A stretch of DNA of 64,000 nucleotides. It comes from Eledone cirrhosa (Eukaryota). Made by a program: the position numbers and the translations under genes. This document shows, one piece after another, positions 56,381-64,000 of this stretch. Every line of letters begins with the position of its first letter. Within the stretch, counting starts at the first letter, position 1. The stretch spans positions 38,874,001 to 38,938,000 of the forward strand of contig OZ024743.1 of the NCBI GenBank assembly GCA_964016885.1, read 5' to 3'. The notes under the pieces were generated by a model. The model made no database searches. It saw nothing but the letters and a program-made list of their open reading frames with translations, and was not told where the DNA came from.

Positions 56381-59300
56381 ATGACCTCACTCAGAATAGG
56401 CAGCATAAATGCGCGTGGCTTGGGGTCGTCATGGAAGCAGGGTCACCTGCTCAACGACCTCAGGTCACTAAACATAGATGTAGTGGCCATCAGCGAGACC
56501 AGAATCTCCGAAGCACGGGCCTTCGCACCGATCTTCGGCGGCTACGATGTGTACGCATCTCCCAGCCGTCCTGGATCGGGTGGAGGAGTTGCTGTGCTTT
56601 TTCGGAGAGGTTTGGATCTCGCCATACGGGCCATCTTCCTGGACCCAGAGGGTAAGCTGGTGGTGCTGGACGTGACCAGCGGAGACGGGCAAGCTTTCAG
56701 GCTAGTGGCCGTCTATGCCCCGACAGGAGCAGGGCGGCCTGATTTCTTCCGGCGTCTGGAGACCTTTCTTGGAACGTCGCGCTCTTTAGTGTTAGTGGGC
56801 GACTGGAACGGGATCTTAGATGCACGCTGGGACTGTGTGGGATTAGCGGATAGGGGTGGAGGGTGCAAGAGCCTCACCAACCTGCTCAGGCGTTTTGAAC
56901 TGTCTGACAGGTACCGATTGGATTTCCCGAATGTGCCAATGTGGACTTGGACAAACCGCATAGGGTCATCCAGATCATATCTAGATAGAGTATTTTGTAG
57001 GGAAATAGATAGGTCTAGCATAGGCTGTCCACAATTCAAGATAGTCAGCTACACGGACCACAAATTCGTGACCTGTGTGCTTGACTTAGATAGGCTTCAT
57101 AGACGAGGACCCGGCTACTGGAAGCTAAACGCGTCCTTACCAGCGCGCAAGGCCTACAGAGACCGGATTAGCGAACTAGTTAAGCGGGCGTTGACGGGGG
57201 CCATCGTCAACAACAAGTGGTGGTTTGCTCTGAAAAGAGCGATTAGAATAGAATCGATTAGGTTTAGTAAGGCTTTAGCAATAGAGAAAAATAGAGCAGA
57301 GGGAGAACTAGTTAGAAAATTAGACGAGGCGCTTAGCAAAGGCATTGCGACCGACGTGCTTGCGGCGAAATTGGCCCTTGACCAATTCTTCAATGCAAAG
57401 CACGAAGGCTGCGTTGTCAGAGCTAGGGTGCGTGCTCTCAGACACGAGGGGACGAAAGCCGTTCAATGGGCCCGAGTGGCGGAGGCGCGTCGTGGCAACA
57501 AAGCCACGATCCGGTCTTTGGTGGACCACGACGGGCGCATGCTACTCGATCCCGGGCAAATGTGTGAAGCTTTTCAGCGACACTTCGCTCAGCTGTTCGG
57601 GGGCAGCGGGGGGCCGGGTAGAGGTATGGACTTTAGTGTCTACCTCGACGGACTGCCGCGGCTCTCGGCCACTGAGGCGAAGTGTTGCGAAAAGCCGATA
57701 ACAGCCGCTGAAGTACGGGAGGCAATGACTGGCTGCACAAGGGGTAAATCGCCTGGTTTGGATGGTCTGCCCTATGAACTTTACGTACAGATGCCAGACT
57801 TGTTCGGAGGCCTCTTGGCGGACGTCTACTGCAACTGGCAACAGAACGGGAGAATTCCCAGTTCTGTGAGCCGAGGAGCGGTGGCACTGCTGAGAAAGGA
57901 TCCGAACAAGAGGGATAACATAGACAATTTCCGGCCCATAACTCTGCTAAACACAGAGTTTAAGATTTTGGCCAAGGTGCTAGCAAAGAGGTTGGCGCTT
58001 GTCGTTGGTGGTCTGGTGGGAGAGGCGCAGACATGCGCCATTCCCGACAGATCCATCCACGACAACCTCCACCTCATGCGATACATCGTAGAGAGGGTAG
58101 CTAGGGAACCTGGCACGGGTGGGTCCTTGATCAATTTAGATCAGTCGAAAGCTTTCGATAGGGTCGACCATCGTTACCTAGCGGCAGTCCTGAGGGCGGC
58201 TGGCTTTGGGCCCGTCTTCAGAGGCTGGATCGCTGCCATGCACAGCGACATCTGCTCTGTGGTGAGAGTGAACGGTCACCTGTCGGAACCGTTCAACATC
58301 ATGCGCTCGGTCCGCCAAGGATGTCCCCTCTCGTCCCTCTTGTACGTATTGACTCTCGAGCCATTACTGCACAAACTGGAGACGTTGAGGGGAGTCCCGC
58401 GCGAACTAGGATGCGGAAGATCCGTGTCAGCATATGCGGACGATGTCACCGTAGTGGTGTCGAACGCCAAACACATCGAGGCGATCGGCACTACACTAAG
58501 AGAATACGAAGCGGTGACAGGAGCAATGATCAACCAGGAAAAGTCAGTGGGCCTGCAGCTCGGCACCTGGAGAGGCAGGTCCATGCCGTCCAACAGCGTC
58601 GTCGGGCGCTGGACGGACGGACCGGTTAAATTGCTAGGGGTCTGGTTCGGTCCGGACCTCCAGACGGACAAAAACTGGGACGAGGTGACGAGCAGGGTGG
58701 CTTCTCTCACCCAGAAATGGGCGGAGAGGAAGCTATCCCTGAAAGGTCGAGCGGAGGTGGCTAACGCGTACATCGCGTCTGTCATCTGCTACCGCCTAAC
58801 CGTCGTACCTTGTCCTAAGCCTCGCCTGACTGCGCTGGAGCGTTTGCTCTTTCGCTTTTTGTGGAAGGGACGTGCTCCGATGGTCAGGCGGTCCATCTGT
58901 TGTCAACACCCGCTACGTGGAGGGCTGGGCATGCCGTGGCTGATGATGCGCAGGCACGCGCTCAGGCTACGACATCTCCACCTCTTCCTCGACGGTGATC
59001 AGGTGTGGTCGCCGTTTGCTAGACGCGTTTTTCCCCAGCTCGTTTCCTTGACGGAGCTGCAGTCCTGGGTCAAGCGAAGACCGAGAGGGAGCGCCTGGAG
59101 ACTGGAATGTCTTCAGGCGCTCACAGCCCTCGACCAATCGGGCAATGTGATCGGTGGAAACTCCACCTCGGCGTTCTATAGAGGATTAGTGGAGGGGAAG
59201 AGCGACGACGTACTTGGGGAAACTCTAGGCGTCGACGAAAATCAACTAGCCAATCTCTTCGGAAGAACTTTCGGGCCGGGGCCTATGGACAACTTCCAGA

Positions 59301-59800
59301 AATCTCTGGCCTGGCAGTGCTACCGAGGAGCCTTGCCAGTTCGGGATAAACTCTACAGGCATGGAGGTGCCGTCAGCCGGGCATGTCCGAGATGCGCGCA
59401 GGGCGACGAAACCGTCCTGCACGCACTCGTCCAGTGTCCGAAAATTGCTGACTTGTGGGTTTATGTCGAACACCTGCTGTCGCGTTTAGGACGGATCCAG
59501 CTATCATCTGAGTCTATCGTGAGGATTGCCCCGCCCTCCTCCTTTAGCCGGGAAGGGCAGGCAGTTTTTATCTGTCTGGTGGCCATGGCGAAAGAGATAG
59601 TATGGTGGACACGTTTGAAAGGGCTGAAGACGAGCACTTACCTCTTCGGTGATGCTCTGATTGACTTTTTCAAATTTCATTTGAAAAGGAAAATCAGAGT
59701 AGAGAAGGAAGTGCTCTCTTCCCAGCATTTTGTTGAAAGATGGGTGAGAGAAGCAAGAATGGCCCGAGTGAATGGGCCGACTCTGAGTATATATCTGTAA
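56381..59800 (+). CDS. Tx1 ORF2, copy 1: AP endonuclease, reverse transcriptase, C-terminal zinc motif (intact, 1139 aa)
   Basis: SINARG, SET, VYAP, GDWN, LDR, TDH; GPGYWKLN; KSPGLDGLP, RPITLLN, DQSKAFDRV, RQGCPLS, YADD; CPRC..ETVLHALVQC. Confidence 0.95.
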   Translation: MTSLRIGSINARGLGSSWKQGHLLNDLRSLNIDVVAISETRISEARAFAPIFGGYDVYASPSRPGSGGGVAVLFRRGLDLAIRAIFLDPEGKLVVLDVTSGDGQAFRLVAVYAPTGAGRPDFFRRLETFLGTSRSLVLVGDWNGILDARWDCVGLADRGGGCKSLTNLLRRFELSDRYRLDFPNVPMWTWTNRIGSSRSYLDRVFCREIDRSSIGCPQFKIVSYTDHKFVTCVLDLDRLHRRGPGYWKLNASLPARKAYRDRISELVKRALTGAIVNNKWWFALKRAIRIESIRFSKALAIEKNRAEGELVRKLDEALSKGIATDVLAAKLALDQFFNAKHEGCVVRARVRALRHEGTKAVQWARVAEARRGNKATIRSLVDHDGRMLLDPGQMCEAFQRHFAQLFGGSGGPGRGMDFSVYLDGLPRLSATEAKCCEKPITAAEVREAMTGCTRGKSPGLDGLPYELYVQMPDLFGGLLADVYCNWQQNGRIPSSVSRGAVALLRKDPNKRDNIDNFRPITLLNTEFKILAKVLAKRLALVVGGLVGEAQTCAIPDRSIHDNLHLMRYIVERVAREPGTGGSLINLDQSKAFDRVDHRYLAAVLRAAGFGPVFRGWIAAMHSDICSVVRVNGHLSEPFNIMRSVRQGCPLSSLLYVLTLEPLLHKLETLRGVPRELGCGRSVSAYADDVTVVVSNAKHIEAIGTTLREYEAVTGAMINQEKSVGLQLGTWRGRSMPSNSVVGRWTDGPVKLLGVWFGPDLQTDKNWDEVTSRVASLTQKWAERKLSLKGRAEVANAYIASVICYRLTVVPCPKPRLTALERLLFRFLWKGRAPMVRRSICCQHPLRGGLGMPWLMMRRHALRLRHLHLFLDGDQVWSPFARRVFPQLVSLTELQSWVKRRPRGSAWRLECLQALTALDQSGNVIGGNSTSAFYRGLVEGKSDDVLGETLGVDENQLANLFGRTFGPGPMDNFQKSLAWQCYRGALPVRDKLYRHGGAVSRACPRCAQGDETVLHALVQCPKIADLWVYVEHLLSRLGRIQLSSESIVRIAPPSSFSREGQAVFICLVAMAKEIVWWTRLKGLKTSTYLFGDALIDFFKFHLKRKIRVEKEVLSSQHFVERWVREARMARVNGPTLSIYL

Positions 59801-60061
59801 ACTAAAGGTGGAAAACTGGGAGAGGGCACTTGCCTTGGTGGTCAGGGTCATTGTGGCTTTTTACTGGGCTTTCTCCACAAATGTCCCTCCGAAGTCTCCC
59901 CCCTATTGGGGAATTTTTCATTGTTATTTTCATTGTTATTTTTGTTACATCCTCTGTTTTTGTTTTTTTTACACGCAGAAATGCCCATTTGTACCGTCCT
60001 GCATTGTCCTGCACTGTCCTTAATGTCTACTTTATGTAAACCCTTGTGGTTAATAAAGAAA

Positions 60062-60063
<2 letters not shown>

Positions 60064-60141
<78 letters not shown>
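60064..60141 (+). repeat. (ATT)n spacer between the two Tx1 copies
   Basis: Direct inspection. Confidence 0.95.
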
Positions 60142-60356
60142 GAATGCCATGGTTGACGGAGGCTCGGCTCTGTAAGGTATAGTAATTTTTGACCGTTAAA
60201 ACAATTGTAAATTGTTTAAAACTTGAACCAAATTGTTGATAAAGACACCCTCCTCCTCGTGAGAGGGGTCTTTCTGTCCGTTATTTGGCCCTTCGGGGTT
60301 AAATAACCAGTTATTGGGGTTTTGTACCCAAAATTTCATTTTAAACAAAAAACAAC

Positions 60357-62456
60357 ATGGCTACGAAAAAGAAATTTCATACGTCACTCCCACTCATTCC
60401 GTCTTCTTCTTCCTCAATCATCACTACAGCAGAGAGAAGATTGTCTCTCTCCCTCCCTTCTTTAAATGTGTCTCTCTCCCTCCCTTCTCTTTCGCAAGTG
60501 ACGAAAGAAAAGAAAAGTCTCGTGCAAAGCGTGCAAGGCTTCTCCACGACGACGACGACAGCGACGAAACAGGTGTGCGGGAAATACGAAAACCCAGTTC
60601 ATTCGTCTGACGTCAGGAATAATAGCAGTAGCAGCCGTAATAACAACAGCAACAGTGACAATGAAAACAACAGTAGCAGCCGCAACAGCATCACCAGCAG
60701 CATAAACAACAACAGCATTAGCAGCAGCAACACCAACAACAACCACAGCAACAGCGGCGGAGGCAGTAGTCGTAGTACCTGCAGCAACAACAAAAGTACC
60801 AGCAGCTCTGACGACAACAACAACAGCAGAGAAAAACCAATCTCATTTGCAGGTATTGCGAAAAACTTGGAAACAATCCTCATAACAAATGAGGAATTAG
60901 AGGAAGCGAAGAAGATGGTGACAAAGAACGGACACCGAGCAATCTGCAAGGCAGCGAAAAATTTTTTCGAAACCCAAGAGCACTGTACGGTCACGTACCG
61001 TACAGTAAGTACACAATCCCGTAGGGTGGAAAGAGCCACAGAGGCCCAAATACAAAAAGCCTTGGGGTCTGTGTGGCAGCGGAAAACGCACATCACCCGA
61101 GGCAAAAAATACGCCACCGTAGACGTACTTTTTGCCACACCCCAGGAGGCAAAGGCCCAATCAGTAGTGACCCTAAGGAGCGAGGAAATGGTGTTGGTGC
61201 CCTCCTACTGCGGGCAAAAAATTGTGAGGGTCAAACTGACCCACGTCCCCCCCGGAATGACCCCTTCTTGGCTGGCCGCGTCTGTCCTCGTCGGAATCGA
61301 GGACAAAACAACTGTACTGCAAGTACAGAAAAAAGTAAGAGAAGATTGGGTCGGCTCCTCCATTGAGATGCTAATCCAAACCAACCAGGAGTGCATCGAA
61401 GCTATCCCGGATGTGATAGACTTCGATAACGGCACTCAACTGCCCATAAGTGTTGAGGGCAAACGCCCGAAATGCTTTCGCTGTGGATCGAAGACTCACC
61501 TCAGGGCCTTCTGCAACGAGAAGACCCTGAGAAAGGAGAAAACCCCCCTCCTTCCGAATCCGGCTCCACGGCTACCAGCAACAGGACAAGCGGCAACCAG
61601 GAACGATAGGTCCGTGGCACCCATACCCACTCCACGGAAATCAAAGACAGCAGCAGCAGCAGTGGAAATATTAACAACAACAACAGCAATACCAAATGCA
61701 GCTGCAACAGAGACTCCAGTGCAAACATCACCAACAACAACAAGTGAAAGAGTGGAGCTGGTACCCCTCCCCGACCTTACAGAATCAGACATGGAGTGTG
61801 AGGTGGGAGAGGGATGGCAAAAGGTCGCAAGAAGGCACAAACGCAGAAGCAGCGCATCGTCGCCTTTGAAAAGGGAGGAAAGAAATGAGAAAAGGGTAAA
61901 GTCTACTGCAAAGAGACCCACAGCAGCAACACCACCAACACCATCACCACCCACACCAGCACCACCATCACCACCGGCGACAACCCCACCGCCAACAACA
62001 CCTTCAACACCACCACCACAAGCACCAACATCGCAAACACAACAACAAAACACACACACCCAGCAACAACGACAAGAAAATAGCAGAACCACACCCCACC
62101 CCCAGAAAAACAAATGCACGGCAATAAACACACACAACAAGAAACTAATGACTTACATAATTGAACACACAGACATTTCACAACAGGACTACATAATACC
62201 AGCACCAATCAAAACGCCAACTAACATAAGACTGCTAAAAATAGCACAGAAACAATACACAAACATTAAAACGAAATTCCCCGACGCAGTTGGTGATTTC
62301 AGGGACCTAGGAGGAACCATTAATCGAAGAGTATATTCAGACATTCTCTTAGAAGAGCCGACGACCAGCCGAAGGGACGATTCAACGGTCCCTTCACCAG
62401 ACGATCAAGTGAAAAGGGATGTAAAAACCATCCCTCCTCTACCAAAAGTACGGTAA
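60357..62456 (+). CDS. Tx1 ORF1, copy 2 (intact, 699 aa; CCHC knuckle, S/N- and P/T-rich tracts)
   Basis: Uninterrupted ORF with ATG in strong context (AACATGG) and a CX2CX4HX4C motif. Confidence 0.9.
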   Translation: MATKKKFHTSLPLIPSSSSSIITTAERRLSLSLPSLNVSLSLPSLSQVTKEKKSLVQSVQGFSTTTTTATKQVCGKYENPVHSSDVRNNSSSSRNNNSNSDNENNSSSRNSITSSINNNSISSSNTNNNHSNSGGGSSRSTCSNNKSTSSSDDNNNSREKPISFAGIAKNLETILITNEELEEAKKMVTKNGHRAICKAAKNFFETQEHCTVTYRTVSTQSRRVERATEAQIQKALGSVWQRKTHITRGKKYATVDVLFATPQEAKAQSVVTLRSEEMVLVPSYCGQKIVRVKLTHVPPGMTPSWLAASVLVGIEDKTTVLQVQKKVREDWVGSSIEMLIQTNQECIEAIPDVIDFDNGTQLPISVEGKRPKCFRCGSKTHLRAFCNEKTLRKEKTPLLPNPAPRLPATGQAATRNDRSVAPIPTPRKSKTAAAAVEILTTTTAIPNAAATETPVQTSPTTTSERVELVPLPDLTESDMECEVGEGWQKVARRHKRRSSASSPLKREERNEKRVKSTAKRPTAATPPTPSPPTPAPPSPPATTPPPTTPSTPPPQAPTSQTQQQNTHTQQQRQENSRTTPHPQKNKCTAINTHNKKLMTYIIEHTDISQQDYIIPAPIKTPTNIRLLKIAQKQYTNIKTKFPDAVGDFRDLGGTINRRVYSDILLEEPTTSRRDDSTVPSPDDQVKRDVKTIPPLPKVR

Positions 62457-62491
62457 GTGGTCTTTCCCATCTTTTCCACTCTATTTTAAAC

Positions 62492-64000
62492 ATGACCTCA
62501 CTCAGAATAGGCAGCATAAATGCGCGTGGCTTGGGGTCGTCATGGAAGCAGGGTCACCTGCTCAACGACCTCAGGTCACTAAACATAGATGTAGTGGCCA
62601 TCAGCGAGACCAGAATCTCCGAAGCACGGGCCTTCGCACCGATCTTCGGCGTCTACGATGTGTACGCATCTCCCAGCCGTCCTGGATCCGGTGGAGGAGT
62701 TGCTGTGCTTTTTCGGAGAGGTTTGGATCTTGCCATACGGGCCATCTTCCTGGACCCATAGGGTAAGCTGGTGGTGCTGGACGTGACCAGCGGAGACGGG
62801 CAAGCTTTCAGGCTAGTGGCCGTCTATGCCCCGACAGGAGCAGGGCGGCCTGATTTCTTCCGGCGTCTGGAGACCTTTCTTGGAACGTCCCGCTCTTTAG
62901 TGTTAGTGGGCGACTGGAACGGGATCTTAGATGCACGCTGGGACTGTGTGGGATTAGCGGATAGGGGTGGAGGGTGCAAGAGCCTCACCAACCTGCTCAG
63001 GCGTTTTGAACTGTCTGACAGGTACCGATTGGATTTCCCGAATGTGCCAATGTGGACTTGGACAAACCGCATAGGGTCATCCAGATCATATCTAGATAGA
63101 GTATTTTGTAGGGAAATAGATAGGTCTAGCATAGGCTGTCCACAATTCAAGATAGTCAGCTACACGGACCACAAATTCGTGACCTGTGTGCTTGACTTAG
63201 ATAGGCTTCATAGACGAGGACCCGGCTACTGGAAGCTAAACGCGTCCTTACCAGCGCGCAAGGCCTACAGAGACCGGATTAGCGAACTAGTTAAGCGGGC
63301 GTTGACGGGGGCCATCGTCAACAACAAGTGGTGGTTTGCTCTGAAAAGAGCGATTAGAATAGAATCGATTAGGTTTAGTAAGGCTTTAGCAATAGAGAAA
63401 AATAGAGCAGGGGGAGAACTAGTTAGAAAATTAGACGAGGCGCTTAGCAAAGGCATTGCGACCGACGTGCTTGCGGCGAAATTGGCCCTTGACCAATTCT
63501 TCAATGCAAAGCACGAAGGCTGCGTTGTCAGAGCTAGGGTGCGGCTCTCAGACACGAGGGGACGAAAGCCGTTCAATGGGCCCGAGTGGCGGAGGCCCGT
63601 CGTGGCAACAAAGCCACGATCCAGTCTTTGGTGGACCACAACGGGCGCATGCTACTCGATCCCGGGCAAATGTGTGAAGCTTTTCAGCGACACTTCGCTC
63701 AGCTGTTCGGGGGCAGCGGTGGGCCGGGTAGAGGGATGGACTTTAGTGTCTACCTCGACGGACTGCCGCGGCTTTCGGCCACTGAGGCGGAGTGTTGCGA
63801 AAAGCCGATAACAGCCGCTGAAGTAAGGGAGGCAATGACTGGCTGCACAAGGGGTAAATCGCCTGGTTTGGATGGTCTGCCCTATGAACTTTACGTACAG
63901 ATGCCAGACTTGTTCGGAGGCCTCTTGGCGGACGTCTACTGCAACTGGCAACAGAACGGGAGAATTCCCAGTTCTGTGAGCCGAGGAGCGGTGGCACTGC
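62492..64000 (+). pseudogene. Tx1 ORF2, copy 2 (disrupted)
   Basis: TAG at 62759-62761 (GAG in copy 1) and a 1-nt deletion at ~63543. Confidence 0.9.

Larger units (their letters stand above)
54034..60063 (+). mobile_element. Full-length Tx1/L1-clade non-LTR retrotransposon, copy 1
   Basis: 5' UTR, ORF1, ORF2 (APE-RT-zinc), 3' UTR with AATAAA at 60052. Bounded by (ATT)n on both sides. Confidence 0.93.
60142..64000 (+). mobile_element. Tx1/L1-clade element, copy 2 (runs off the window end)
   Basis: Near-identical to copy 1 from the same first base (GAATGCCATGG). Confidence 0.93.

Overview
AT-rich, microsatellite-saturated eukaryotic DNA with (TA)n, (CA)n and (ATT)n tracts and no recognisable host gene. 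The SINE family and repeat landscape suggest a cephalopod (Octopus-like) genome, which is an inference. Almost all interpretable content is mobile DNA. It includes a Helitron 5' end, decayed LINE fragments (CR1-like, CRE-like, R4/Dong-like), tRNA-derived SINEs, several Penelope-like elements (PLEs), and two tandem Tx1/L1-clade LINEs in an (ATT)n tract. One Neptune-type PLE is near-intact. Its upstream ORF1 frame runs into a U_UUU_UUA heptamer in the correct phase for a -1 frameshift into the RT-GIY-YIG frame, although a stop codon lies 23 codons before the heptamer. There are about 15 hammerhead-ribozyme (HHR) or HHR-like motifs. These include a non-coding ~680-bp tandem array with one HHR per unit (retrozyme-like) and a recurrent non-canonical UUGANAA...GCAA core. 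The two Tx1 copies carry complementary inactivating mutations and a candidate 53-nt intron that would fuse ORF1 to ORF2. Boundaries were read by eye and are approximate.
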